A stretch of DNA of 64,000 bases from Octopus vulgaris (Eukaryota): NCBI GenBank assembly GCA_951406725.2, contig OX597826.1:69006001-69070000 (forward strand). The letters are read 5' to 3'. Position numbers and translations under genes: made by a program. A model generated the notes under the pieces. That model was not told the origin of the DNA and searched no databases. It saw only the letters and a list, made by a program, of their open reading frames with translations. Each line of letters starts with the position of its first letter. The stretch's first letter is position 1. Positions 43,591 through 57,655 of the stretch are shown piece by piece.

Positions 43591-43733
43591 TAAAAATTAT
43601 AATGATGGATATCTAAGAGATACCGCCATGCTAGATATAGCAGCCAATACTTGACTCTATAACAACGAGTCAAGTATTAGCTGCTATATCTAGCATGGTG
43701 GTGTCTCTTAGACACCCTTGATTATAATTTTTA
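43591..43733. repeat. Long inverted repeat / fold-back hairpin
   Basis: 46-bp core arms 43612-43657 and 43667-43712 with a 9-nt loop, plus outer arms. Confidence 0.9.
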
Positions 43734-43869
43734 TATGTGTGTGCATGTGTGTCTGTGTGTGTATCTCACTCACTCATTTCTCTGTATATATACATGCTAT
43801 ATATATAGATATATAAATACACATATATAGACACATACATATACATATAAACACATGTATATATAATTA

Positions 43870-43913
<44 letters not shown>

Positions 43914-44301
43914 CATCTATTTGACTCCTGCAATATGCAGTTACTGTTCAGATCCCTTCACCTCGACGGTCATTGTATTGTCAGACACGTGAATACTCAT
44001 TATTTTCTCTCTTTAATTAGTTAATTACTTACTGCATTGGCCTATTTTCATATTGGATTTCTATTTCCTGTCAGCCATATTCATTCCGCATTCTCCACAC
44101 CCGAAACTGTGACGTACAAGGACACATGGACAAGAACAAACAGTGAAACAGATAAATACCATAAATCTATACAAGGCAAGAATACAAAGTAGGAAACAGA
44201 TAAATACTATAAATTTATACAAGGTAGATAGCAAAGCAGCTACATACAGGCAGATAGACATATATGGAAACCGATTTACACATATACATACATATATATG
44301 C

Positions 44302-44396
<95 letters not shown>

Positions 44397-44503
44397 AAGA
44401 CAGACAGACAGAGACAGACAGACAGACAGAGATAGAGGCAGAGAGACAGAGAGACAGATATGGAAACTGATTTATACATATACATACATATATGTGCATG
44501 TAT

Positions 44504-44572
<69 letters not shown>

Positions 44573-44645
44573 CAGACAGACAGACAGACAGAGAGACAGA
44601 GAGACAGAGACAGATAGACAAAGACAGATAGAGATAGAGGCAGAG

Positions 44646-44680
<35 letters not shown>

Positions 44681-44887
44681 CAGGCAGACAGACAGACAGA
44701 CAGACAGAGAAAGAGGCAGAGAGACAGAGAAACAGAAAGAAAAGTGAGAGAGAGAGAGATTCGTGGAAATCCTTACATTAAAGTGTATGTTTAGTGATAG
44801 GAGGATAAATGGTAATCCAATTATAGAATGAATAAAGTTTAATTCATCTCTTTAGGAAATGCAGATTCGTAAACGGATATACATACA

Positions 44888-44953
<66 letters not shown>

Positions 44954-45433
44954 TAAGTATTTGTATAAACAGGTATAAATAATACCTGTGTGTGTGTGTG
45001 TGTGTGAATGTGTGTATCTTGAATTTCGATATAAGATTTTAATACTAAATGTTATTTTTCAAAAATTAAAATACAAAGACAATCATTTACAAATTTATAA
45101 ATCCATACAGATATGTGATGGGGCGTATTGGCTGGGGAAGGTTATATTATATCATCAAATTTATAGCCATATTCTACTTAGAAATGAGTCTCAAGAGGGA
45201 GTGATTATTATTGTTGTTGGTGTGGTTGTCGTTGTCAATGCTGTGGATGTTGCTATTTTTGTAGTTATTATTATTATTATTGTTGTTGTTGTTGTTGCTG
45301 TTGTTGTTGTTTTTTTGTTGTTGTTATTATTATTAGTTTTGAATGCGTAGAGATTAACAGGAAATTACAGTGAATTGCGAAGCAGAGAACAATCACGTGA
45401 TGATTATGATGATAACATGTGCGTGTGTGTGTG

Positions 45434-45489
<56 letters not shown>

Positions 45490-45737
45490 TGTGTGTGTGC
45501 ATGTCTGTATGTGTGTGTGTGAGTTAGATGGTTGAAACGTATTTGACACAGGCAACGTATCTTGAGTTTTATTGGTTGGTTATATAGATGTTGAAGTATA
45601 TAAATGCCTACACACGCATCACAGAGAGAGAGAGAGAGAGAGAGGGAGGAGAGAGAGAGAGAGAGAGAGACGCACGCACACAGACACACACACACGAACA
45701 GACATATACACACAGAAGCAGAAATATATATATATAT

Positions 45738-45863
<126 letters not shown>

Positions 45864-45882
45864 AACTAAGAAAGCTGTAGAC

Positions 45883-45947
<65 letters not shown>

Positions 45948-47394
45948 TGTTTCTTTATTAGCCACACAGGGCTGCACACAGATAGAACAAATTACAAGGT
46001 AGAGCTTTTCTTTTGAAGGTTTAAGAAAGAAAAAAAAAAAAAAAAAAAAGGAAGGGGGAGTTTCGATCAAAAGGGATCGTAAAAGGAGAGAAAGAGGACA
46101 AAAAAAGGGGGTTTAAAAAAAGGGGGGAGGAAAAAAAATTGATCAATAGGGATCGTTATCACAGAAATGTCGATATGAAGTGTAAAGGGGAGGACAGGTG
46201 AGGTTTACCCGTGCAAAGAAAAGCCTACGGAAAAGACCACGGTAACCTCGGTCAATGATGTCACATTTTATATTTCTTTTTTTTTTTTTTTGCAAATAAG
46301 CAACTCTCTGTTTTCGATTTCTGGGTTCATAGGACTATGCTCAAGGTGGCTTCGTCATTCATACGTGCCATTCTTGCTACATTCACCCATCTTTTTTTAA
46401 AACATTCGCTAGACAAAACTTGCCTCTCTACTCTCACTTTCCTTTTCAAGTGGTACTTGAAGAAGTTGATGAGAGATTGACCAGAGAGGAAAGTGTTTGT
46501 CTCCAATCCTTTCAGACGCGTCCACCAGATACATTCTTTCGCCATAGCCACAAGGATGATGAAAATAGCTCTTCCTTCCCGTTTGAAGGAAGGAGGCGTG
46601 ACAATATTGACGATAGACTCAGCTGATAAACCGACTCGTCCCACACGTGACAGCAGTTGTTCGACATAAGCCCACAGGTCGGAAATTGTTGGACACTGAA
46701 CGAGTGCGTGCAGAACGGTTTCGTCGCTCTGACCGCATCTCGGGCAGGTCGGCCCCGTGTTTCTCGAGCCGTGTCTGTAGAGCTTATCCCGAACGGGTAG
46801 CGCTTCTCGGTAGCACTGCCAGGCCAGGGATCTCTGGAAGTTGTCCATGGGCCCTGGCCCGAAAGTCGTCCTGAACAGGCGGGTCAGGTACTCCTCGTCG
46901 ACGTCCAGGTTCGCCCCGAGCTCGTCGTCGTACCTCCCTTCCACTAAACCCCTATAGAATGCTTTGGTTGTGTTGAAGTCACTTAAGGTCGACCCAGGAC
47001 GGCAGAGTTGCTTGAGAGCAACGCGACACTCGCGGTGCCATTCGCCCTTCCTCGGCCTCTTTTTGATCCACGACTGCAGTTCGATCATGGAGACGAGCTG
47101 CGGGAAAGCGTGCCTCACAAACGGCGACCACACCTGTTCACCGTCGTCTACATAGAGCCAGAGATGCCGCAGTCTCAGCGCGTGTCTGCGCATCATCAAC
47201 CACGGCATGCCCAGCCCTCCTTTTAACGGGTGTTGACAGCAAATGGATCGCCTGACCATCGGGACGCATCCTTTCCACAAGAAGCGAAAGAGGATGCGTT
47301 GTAGTTTGGTGATGGTAGGGTCGGGACAAGGTACGACGGTCAGGCGGTAGTAGATGACGGACGCGATGTACGTGTTCGCCACCTCCGCTCGACC
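45948..47394 (-). mobile_element. 5'-truncated L1/Tx1-clade non-LTR retrotransposon inserted in (GATA)n
   Basis: GC-rich island with open ORF2 C-terminus; 3' UTR ends AATAAAGAAACA-(TATC)n; (GATA)n at 45883-45947 and 47395-47510. Confidence 0.9.
46327..47394 (-). CDS. Partial ORF2 (post-RT region + zf-RVT) of the Tx1/L1-like element; no start codon, truncated
   Basis: GR..VAN..I.S..YY..P..FLWKG..P..GGLG.P and CPRCGQSDETVLHALVQC; ~355 codons without a stop. Confidence 0.85.
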   Translation of the reverse strand, partial: GRAEVANTYIASVIYYRLTVVPCPDPTITKLQRILFRFLWKGCVPMVRRSICCQHPLKGGLGMPWLMMRRHALRLRHLWLYVDDGEQVWSPFVRHAFPQLVSMIELQSWIKKRPRKGEWHRECRVALKQLCRPGSTLSDFNTTKAFYRGLVEGRYDDELGANLDVDEEYLTRLFRTTFGPGPMDNFQRSLAWQCYREALPVRDKLYRHGSRNTGPTCPRCGQSDETVLHALVQCPTISDLWAYVEQLLSRVGRVGLSAESIVNIVTPPSFKREGRAIFIILVAMAKECIWWTRLKGLETNTFLSGQSLINFFKYHLKRKVRVERQVLSSECFKKRWVNVARMARMNDEATLSIVL

Positions 47395-47407
47395 AGATAG
47401 ATGGATG

Positions 47408-47512
<105 letters not shown>

Positions 47513-47980
47513 AGTAGACAGACAAATTGCACTTGTGTGTAAGGCAGTGAATTCTGCACATTGTATGTAAATGTTACGTACGTAAATTGGATAATAAGGG
47601 ATATTAAGTGGATGTTAAAAAATACATGACTTATGAAAGAAAATCAATATGTTTACGTATAAATAAGAACTCGTATTATATACAAACATTGATATACGTA
47701 TACATATAAATACACACTTATATAGCCATGCATATGTATATATAAACACACAGCTCATACGTTTATGCAATGCATTGCGAAGGAATATAAGCATACACGT
47801 TTCCTGTTTATGTGCATATCACTTCATCTTGACATTTATCATAACAAGGATCAACTACTCACATTTATTAAAACCTGATTGCTGAACAGATATATAAATA
47901 TTATGGAATATACTGGAATCGCATGTAAACACTCACACAGATGCAAATGCGCGCGCAGACACTTAAATACACAATCACAC

Positions 47981-48021
<41 letters not shown>

Positions 48022-48069
48022 TATAGATAGGTAGATAGATAGATAGATAGATAGATTGATTGATGGATT

Positions 48070-48178
<109 letters not shown>

Positions 48179-48361
48179 GTAGTATTCATGATTTTAATAT
48201 TGAATTCAAAGCATGAATACTATTCTTCACTGTTTATATTTTATGTTATATAAAATGGGCATTCGGTTTAAAATTATATTTCCATATATAAACCTTAACA
48301 CGGTAGTCCATAGAATAGTGGTCTGTCTGTCTGTTTTCTCCAGTCTCTATCTCTCTCCTTC

Positions 48362-48404
<43 letters not shown>

Positions 48405-48774
48405 CTCTCTCTGAGTATATATGTGTGTGTTTGTGTGTCTGTCTGACCATATATCTACACACAACACGCAGGCTTGTGTGTGTATATATATGTACCGGTA
48501 TAATCTGAGTTTATGAGCGTGTAGTGTGTGTAGGGAGAGGCGAAATGTTCAAAACAGTATTCAATGCCTTGGGACAAGATATGTTTTTTTTTTATGTTTA
48601 TTGCAGATGGGAATACAATATTAGTTCTTTGAATTTTGTGTTCCCGAAAATCAGACTGGATATGAAGTCATGAATTCCAATCCGGCACTGACTGGGAACC
48701 TGATATTCAAATAAACACATGTTAGATTCCAGATTCAATATATACATGCATACATATTATACAATAAACAGGAT

Positions 48775-48870
48775 TTATATTTTGTTGTTGATGATGAAAT
48801 ACCAAGGAACCTTGTATCTAGGTTAGAAACGTTTGAAATAAAACTGAATAATGACAGACATACATACACA
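48775..48870 (+). mobile_element. 3' terminal fragment of the R4-like family followed by CATA repeats
   Basis: GTTGTTGATG..CCAAGGAA..TCTAGGTTAGAA..TTGAAATAAAACTGAATA matches the minus strand of 50705-50810. Confidence 0.6.
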
Positions 48871-48944
48871 CATACATATACTTATATACACACAGCATAC
48901 GAACACACGCACAAGTATACACACGAACATATGTGTGTATATGA

Positions 48945-49015
<71 letters not shown>

Positions 49016-49581
49016 CAGTCTCTAGGATTTTAGTTTTGTTCCTCATCCGTCAGGCCTGTATTATGTAATAAAAACGAGAAAGAGTTCCCTATACACTGAA
49101 CATGCTGTGAGGAATGGACGATCCAACGTTTCGTGCACTGTCATTATTCAGAGAGAAAAGTCGAAAAGAGAAAAATTACTTAGGGACTGCATAGTTTCAT
49201 AGCCGCTAAGTATGCTGCCTCTTTGTATTTTAACCTCGAATGTTAATTCATTAATTTCTCTTTTCAACTTTTCCTCTGAAGAAGGAATATGTCCGAAACA
49301 GTGGATTTTCCACTCACCATGCAAGTTCACTGAATTCCTTTTATCGATTATATTAAACACCCCTCCCAACCACACACATATAACGACGTATGGATAATGT
49401 ATCATTCGGCTACAGCTGTTTCAACGATTTTTTTCTTGATTAAAGGAAACATTACGTCATTAAAAAAAAAACTGTTTCCATCAGGTGAATGCATGGATCA
49501 CAACATACAAAACATTCTAAAGCTAGCAGTGTGTGCAAATTCATGATTCTATGTCTATTGCTGGTTGGTTCATTTTGGTAG

Positions 49582-49667
<86 letters not shown>

Positions 49668-50059
49668 GTTTCACTCACAATGTATCGTTTAAGGCTGCAG
49701 TAGAAGACATTTCCCACAAGGTGCTACGCAGGGTGACTGAATCGGAAACCTTTTATGAGTGGACTCCGTTCAACCATATTCTGTGCCGATCTAGTTAAGG
49801 AATTCCCTAACTAGATGGGCATATAACAACATCGGTTACGTTCTCATTCTGATTTGTGACTTCGTTATTTGCCCCCCTCCCTCCACACGCCCTGGCTCCT
49901 AAGAAAATCCATATTAGAAGTGCTAAGCGCATTGCTATAACGCTGGAAGATGAACTATGATAAAACGCTATGAAAAAGAAGACAAAGTCGTAGCAAGTGC
50001 ACAATCTTTTGGAATGTGTAGGACAACTGCATCGACAAGATTTTAGAACGTACAACTTC

Positions 50060-50067
50060 TGCTGCTG

Positions 50068-50127
<60 letters not shown>

Positions 50128-50128
50128 T

Positions 50129-50163
<35 letters not shown>

Positions 50164-50227
50164 TCACTACTACTACTACTACTGTCACTACTACTACTAC
50201 TACTATTACTACTACTACTACTACTAT

Positions 50228-50282
<55 letters not shown>
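50060..50282. repeat. (CTA)n trinucleotide microsatellite
   Basis: Direct observation. Confidence 0.95.
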
Positions 50283-50287
<5 letters not shown>

Positions 50288-50440
50288 AGTGAATGGTTTT
50301 ATACCCATATATATATATGCTTGTGTATGTGTTTTTACATACATATACATGTGTGTGTATTTATATATGTACGTATACATATATGTATAAACACACACAT
50401 ATAACTAACAATTTATTAGTCATGTGTATGTATGTATGTA

Positions 50441-50694
50441 TAGTGGTGGCCAAGGTTTAGAACATAGGTCTGAAAATTAGAATTTTATATTAAATGCCCA
50501 AAGTTATATTAAAAATAAGCAATTTGTTCTAGAACCATATTTTTCATTTGGCTTATTTTTCCATTTAGATATTGAACAATTGCATCAGTTATTAAGCAAG
50601 TATATCTCTATATTGTTTATACTTAAATCGATATGTACTAGGGCATAACAATTTTAACTTTTAAAAAGTTTTTACAAACGTTTGGCCACGACTG
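50441..50694. mobile_element. Tc1-type MITE flanked by TA
   Basis: TA|TAGTGGTGGCCAAGGTTT ... AAACGTTTGGCCACGACTG|TA. Confidence 0.7.
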
Positions 50695-50696
50695 TA

Positions 50697-51945
50697 TGTA
50701 TGTAAGTAAGTCAATATTCAGTTTATTTCAAGATTTCGTGCCAATAGAGAAAGAACCGGGTTCTAACCTAGATCCAAGGCACCTTCCTTGGAATTTTAAT
50801 ATCAACAACAGGGTATATTTTATATGTATGTATATATGTATGTATGTATGTATTTATGTATGTATGTATGTATTTATGTATGTATGTATGTATGTATGCA
50901 TGTATGTATGTATGTATGTATTTGCTTCAGACGGATCTATGGCATTAAGTGGAATGACTGCATCAGTGATCTTGAAATACTCGAAGGCTCTCGGTGTGGA
51001 AGTATAGAAGCAAAGGCTCAGATGGCGTGGTCATCTGGTCAGAATGAAGGGTTCAAGGATGCCAAAACAACTCTTTTATGGAGATTTAGCTAAAGGAGAA
51101 CGACCTCCACATAAACCAAAAAAGAGGTATAAAGACTTGCTGAAGGCTTCTTTAAGAGATACTTTAAGAGAAGGATTGTGCATGAGGGGACAGCCACGTT
51201 TGAGAAATCTTGAGTTGCACATGAGAAAGTAAGGAGGGATGTCAGGAAGGGCATCGCTGTTAGACTTCCAGAAGGGAAGGGTCTTCCTTTGATTCGGACA
51301 TGCAATGTCTGTGCAAGACCCTGCCTCAGTAAAGCTGGACTCATGAGTCATCTTCGTAGTCATAAAACGAGACAGATGAGTGACAACCTGGCCACTGGTG
51401 GTGGTGTAACACACCACACTAATCATATCTGTCAGGCATGTGGAAGAGAGTGTAATTCGGCAGGAGGACTTAAACGACATGCAAAGGTACATGAAGCCCA
51501 GTTACAACTACAGCCGGCTATTACCAGTAAAGGTTTTAGTTACCAATTTTGTACAATACATTGTAAATCTTTAGCTGGGCTAAAAAGTCACATTCAATCA
51601 CAGCACCAGTAACAGTTAAGCTTCGTGCAATGGCCTTACTCGATAACGAGGGGGCAGCCATAATGTATGTATGTATATATGTATTATGTATGTTTCTATG
51701 TATGTTTTCTCTTATGTATGTATTCTCATGCATATAGTTACATACCTAGACATGCTCATATATATTTAAATGATAAACTTCTGGAAACTTTTACAGATTT
51801 TTACAGTTCCAGTGATGGATGGACTGGATCTGTAGTCTTCGAATTATCTTTTTCCCTTTCTGGTTCTGAGAAACCTAATTTCTTAAGGTTGGTATTTAGG
51901 CAGTGTTTTATATATCCCAATGTCCCAATAATTACAAATATAAAC
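50697..51945 (-). mobile_element. R4-like element 3' end (ORF end 51760-51945, 3' UTR to 50697), interrupted by an RTE insertion
   Basis: 51800-51945 is homologous to 13250-13390 (IIGTLGY..LNTNL.KLGF); 50705-50810 is homologous to 48775-48855. Joining the two segments into one element is inferred. Confidence 0.7.
50918..51662 (+). mobile_element. RTE-clade LINE 3' fragment with three C2H2-type zinc fingers, in (TATG)n
   Basis: RRIYGIKWND.IS; WRGHLVRM..SRMPKQLFYGDL..G.R...PKKRYKD; CNVC..HLRSH, CQAC..HAKVH, YQFC..HIQSQH; frameshifted. Confidence 0.85.
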
Positions 51946-51956
51946 TACTATGTATG

Positions 51957-51990
<34 letters not shown>

Positions 51991-52074
51991 TGTATGTATG
52001 TATGTATGTATGTATGTATGTATGTGTGTGTATGTATGTATGTATGTATGTATGTATGTATGTATGTATTATAT

Positions 52075-52217
52075 GTAGAAAAATACAAACTGGGACAAGA
52101 ACGTAAAACATTTAGGAGACGATACAAAAAACACGGACGGGACATTCGAAGCCTTCAATCTTCAGTCAAGAAGCGGATCATCCTCGCAATTTCGGCTGAT
52201 TAATCTTGAGATCGCTG
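52075..52217 (-). mobile_element. Possible Penelope pLTR-like fragment
   Basis: CAGCCGAAA..CTGAAGA and a T-rich tail similar in style to 34118-34332; no complete ribozyme. Confidence 0.3.
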
Positions 52218-52921
52218 TATGTATTATGTATGTATGTATGTGTGTGTGTGTATTTATGAATGTATACGCTTATTAAATAATCGGTAGCTGCTCGATAATA
52301 TAATCTCCAACCACTCTTTGCGACAAAGTACATAGGGGTCTCCACCTCCCTGGTAGGACTGGATCTTTCTTACTGACAACAAGTTCAACCTATGATTAAA
52401 ATTACTCTCACATAAATTATAGTCATATTCCGCTAGTGATACAAAAAATAAATCACGAATTAGAAAAAGCATATTTTCGCATGACGATTACGCCGTTTCA
52501 AGGGCTTCACAATGGCCCCTAATAAAACTTGCTAAATCTATGACTTTCAGCCACGCCTTTAGATACAACATTGGTCTGAATGTTGTGTCCCACCAGAAAT
52601 AATTCCGCAGGTGCTCTGCATTTATACCGCGCTGTTGGAAGCTGAGCAGAACCAAATGGTCTATACTTCATGCCATTCGAAAAAGAACTGGGTGTGGAAG
52701 TAATTTGGTTGAGGTAATACTGGATGATAAATCCATCTCCATTGAATGCTGGGGGTATTTTCCTTAACGCCCTTATCCTTCAGACTATCGTCGACGCCGT
52801 GACTTTTATAAGTTGCGGCCTTACGGTAGGTTTACTTGTGGGCGATTATGAAGCGGAGGTAGCACCAAGAGCCGTCCGAACTGGTTCTATCAGTGACCTC
52901 AGCATTCTATGCAAGCAAATG

Positions 52922-52972
<51 letters not shown>

Positions 52973-53256
52973 TGTTTGTGTATATGTATGTGTGTGTGTG
53001 CGCGTGTCTGTGTATGTTTGTGTGCGTATTACATATATATATTTATACATGTATATATATATGTACTTTTGTGTGTTAGTGTGTAGGAGTATATGTTGTA
53101 CAATGTATCTGTTCACACACACACATATATATCATTTTATCTAGATACTTCAAGAACATTCTCTCTCTCTCTCTCACGCTGACCTCTCCCAACTCAACAA
53201 GTTCTTTCTTACTAATATTCCCTATCGCTCTTTTTTTCTCACTCCCTCACTCCTAC

Positions 53257-53291
<35 letters not shown>

Positions 53292-53690
53292 TCCTTTATT
53301 TTACCTCACCTCTCTCCCGACAACAATGTCTAGTGGAGATAGTCTGATTGAATTAGATATAACATTCCTGTGACATGTTGTCTCGGTTCTATTTCCTACA
53401 AACACGCTTGCTTTTGTTAATGACTTCATAATGTCAGCAAGAAGAGAGACGAAGACGGAAAGAAATATTTCATTTTAGATGGCGTCTGATAGAAAAGGCT
53501 AAATGACAAAGATATATATGTATGTATATCAGTGTGTGTATGTATGTATGTATGTATGTATGTATGTGTATATATGTATGTGTATGTCTGTGTGTATGTA
53601 TATATATATAGGTATATACGCAACACGGACACACACACATATATATGCATATACAAATATACACATAAGCATATATATACTTATATATAC

Positions 53691-53751
<61 letters not shown>

Positions 53752-53817
53752 CACATATATTTATATATATAGAGAGAGAGAGACAGACAGACACACACAG
53801 AGGGAGAGAGAGAGATC

Positions 53818-53880
<63 letters not shown>

Positions 53881-54374
53881 GGATTGGTATACATATATAT
53901 TTACATATATCTATATATATGTAACAATATATATATATACACACATATGCACACACACTCAGACACACCGATGATGCATAAGTTTCCAGTTGTGTTTAAC
54001 TGTTCACCTCCCCTCAGACGAGACAACGCAATTCTTTTGTACAGATCAGTGACCACCAATGCTTAATGGGGTGAGAACAAACCGAAGTAATGAATGTTGC
54101 GTCCCTGACGACGGCGGCAGCGGTGGAGGTGGCGCGATTTCTGCGATAATGCTATTGTCAAAGCAAGTAATGGGTGTAGTGGGACTGGGGTGTTAGTGGG
54201 GCTGGAAATGAGGTGTGTTGTTTTTCTTTAACACCAGTTCATACCCACAATGATTATGTCTTGTTTTATATCCGCTTTTCTTTCTTAAAAGCGGCTGGGT
54301 GTGATTGGAGGTAATTTCGGTTGGTACTTCTAGCTGTTCAGGGTACTATATTGAAGATGATATATCTGTTTGTG

Positions 54375-54606
54375 GGCGGTGAGCTGACAGAGTCGTTAGC
54401 ACGCCGGGCGAAATGCGTAGCCGTATTTCGTCTGCCATAACGTTCTGAGTTCAAATTCCGCCGAGGTCGACTTTACCTTTTTTTACTTTCGGGGTCGATA
54501 AATTAAGTACCAGTTACGCACTGGGGTCGATGTAACCGTTGTTATCTGTTTGACTGTCCTTGTTTGTCCCCTTTATGTTTAGCCCCTTGTGGGCATTAAA
54601 TAAAGA
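54375..54606 (+). mobile_element. SINE family B, full-length monomer
   Basis: GGCGGTGAGCTG head, GAGTTCAAATTCC B box, GGTCGACTTT..GGGGTCGATAAATTAAGTACCAG (Meta-like domain), CCCCTTGTGGG tail. Confidence 0.9.
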
Positions 54607-55027
54607 TATATACGTTTATGTATATCCTCAGTTATCCCTAAAAACAGGAGTCCCATGACATACTTTCGGGTTGTCTACCATACCCTAGGAATCACCAACA
54701 AATCCATAATTTTAGTTATACCATGGCTTCGCTTAATTTGCCACCATATTTCCCACTCTCACATGCACGAAAGAATCGTATCTTGACTTGTGTAAAAATC
54801 TGTCTTCTTGTGTGTGCTTTTTCTTTTTTCCATTGTTGGAGACTACGACTGTAATCTGAAGCACGACCTTGAAGGACTCCACTAATTATTTTTCGACAGT
54901 CTGGTTAATTTCAGGGACAAAAAGAAACCAACATCGATTGTCAAATAGATGGGGACAAACGGTGACACAGGCACATACATACATACTCACACACACACAC
55001 ATATCTATATACAAGACAAGTTTCCAC

Positions 55028-55454
55028 GCGACATGATGGACTCATAGCAAGATAAACAGTGCATGAACTTGTCGGTGGGGCCGAGTTAGAATTTTCTTCA
55101 GATCGAGTAGCCCATCCCGCTCAAAAGTTACCTGAATAAGGGTTGTTTAAGGGTGTTAAACAAATCACCCATGTTTCCAGGAGTGAATTATTCGAACTGC
55201 AAAGAATCCCTCACAACACATGGCTATGATGCTCCCCCACTACTTCTGCTCGTGATCAGAGATGCACATATCGTCAGCCATTAAGGGACATGGTCAACTG
55301 GTTAAGGTCAAACAACTGACAAGCAAATCTGTGATATTAAGCAGAATATTTGCTGTAACCCATCTTTTATAACAAGACAAAACAATGTACATGATAACAC
55401 TTCCAATCAGTTAAGATCAGTTAAGATACTGCCTGGTACTGCATTAGGGCATTT
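55028..55454 (-). mobile_element. Family E repeat, second copy (no MITE)
   Basis: Reverse complement of 22891-23540 without the piggyBac MITE. Confidence 0.85.
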
Positions 55455-55490
<36 letters not shown>

Positions 55491-55850
55491 GTCGTCGTCG
55501 TCGTCGTCGTCATCATCATCATCGTCATCATCATCATCATCATCGTCATCATCGTCGTCATCATCATCATCGTCATCATCGTCGTCATCATCATCGTCAT
55601 CATCATCGTCATCATCGTCGTCGTCGTCGTCATCATCATCATCATCGTCATCATCATCATCGTCGTCATCATCGTCGTCGTCGTCGTCGTCATCATCATC
55701 ATCATCATCATCGTCATCATCATCATCGTCATCATCGTCGTCGTCGTCGTCGTTGTCGTTGTTGTTGTTGTCGTCGTCGTCGTCGTCGTTGTCGTTGTCG
55801 TTGTTGTTATTATTATTATTATCATTATTATTATTATTATCATCATTGTT
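55455..55850. repeat. (ATC)/(GTC)/(GTT)/(ATT) compound trinucleotide microsatellite
   Basis: Direct observation. Confidence 0.95.
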
Positions 55851-55898
55851 ATTATAATATTTTTAAAATCATTGATGTAACTCTTCACAAACGTAAAC

Positions 55899-56146
55899 AG
55901 TCAAGACGAAGAGCGCGATTCGATTGTATTAGATATTTTATTACTTGAACAATATTTCAACAGTACGTCTGTCCTTGTCAAGGTTTGTGGACTCTGGTTG
56001 CTCTCGTTTATATTTTACGTTTAAATTTCTGTAACTTTGAATTTTTATCGCTCCTTATTTTGAACTTGACAAAGACAGACGTACTCTTGAAATATCGTTC
56101 AACTAATAAACTATCTTACAATAGAATCGCGCTCTTCGTCTTGACT
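55899..56146. mobile_element. MITE-like element with ~87-bp imperfect terminal inverted repeats
   Basis: AGTCAAGACGAAGAGCGCGATTC.. / ..GAATCGCGCTCTTCGTCTTGACT. Confidence 0.75.
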
Positions 56147-56166
56147 ATTATTATTATTACTATTAC

Positions 56167-56212
<46 letters not shown>

Positions 56213-56419
56213 GCGAAAGATGTCTCGATCATCATCCCAGCCCCTTTTTCTTTTAAACTTTTGCATCCGATGCACATGTCCCTTCTTTTTCAGTGTATAA
56301 CGTGTATACTTTCTTTCTTTTATTTATTATTATTATTATTTCATGAAATGTAGGTCCCTCACTTTATTCTGTCTTTATATTGAGGCCACTCATCCTTGGC
56401 TCTTGTGGCAAATAAATGC

Positions 56420-56457
<38 letters not shown>

Positions 56458-56566
56458 CCATCACCATCATCATCATCATCATTATTATTATTGTTATTAT
56501 TATTGTCATCATCATCATCGTCAATATTATTATTATTATTATTATTATTAATATTATTATTAGTAT

Positions 56567-56662
<96 letters not shown>

Positions 56663-56706
56663 CAGTAGTAGTAGTAGCAGCAGCAGCAGTAGTAGTAGTA
56701 GTAGTA
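56420..56706. repeat. (ATC)/(ATT)/(AGT) microsatellite
   Basis: Direct observation. Confidence 0.95.
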
Positions 56707-57655
56707 TCTGGTAGTGTTTTTAGGATATTGTTTTATGAAATTTATTGCGTATCTTTTGGATTTGGAAAATTAATCGAATGTCGGGCGATGTTCCGCGGTT
56801 GATGCTTTCTGGGAACAAATTGTACCTTTCGTCTCGTCACGGATGGCCTTTGTGCCGATGTTAGCACTTACGTTGTGCGAATATACAGAATGGAAAAAAA
56901 ATCACTGAACGACTGATTGTCCGGATGAGTGGTTTCCGTACCTGAGCGAATGAGTGCCTGCGTAATTGTGTGTACGTGTCAGTGAAATTGCTGAGTGGTT
57001 GCGCGTTTGAATGATTGAATGCTTGTAAGTGCTTGAGTGATGATTTCGACAGGAAATGCGTGGGCTTGTCAGTGAGTGCATGACTGAGTGAAACTGAATG
57101 AGTGAACGTCTGCTGTCTGGAAAATAAACCAAACGCAGACACAAGTCCGATATTTTGGTGATTAAACCTGATGAAATGGAACTTAAACGATTTTATTGTT
57201 ATTGTCATTGCTATTGTAGATGTTGTTATGTTTGGCGTCGTTATTGTTGTAGTTATTGTATAGCTTAAACCCCCCGCGGGCCGGCTCATATCGTGCATAC
57301 TTATGCGAGGCATCATACAACCACCATTTTAAATCGTCTTTATGATGCGACGTAGTTATACATTCTCCGACGTGTCTTCAACTTATTTACGACCTATCTG
57401 TCTATCTGTATGTCTCTATGTCGAGGCAGTGTGTCATTGAACTATGATACCGATATTTGATGCGACTGTTTGATAATGTGCCTATGTGAACAACACAAAA
57501 ACAACAACAACGACAATAACAACGACAGCAAACACAACTTCGAAAGCTACTAAAACTATAATTAATATTACGACTACAAACGATAGGAACAACAAAGATG
57601 ATAAAACGATGACATAAACGGCAGCAGTAATATTCAAAAGCATTACAGACGTTAC

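Noticed and set aside
51289-51612. Host C2H2 zinc-finger gene
   Set aside because: No TGEKP linkers, and contiguous with the RTE ORF and tail.
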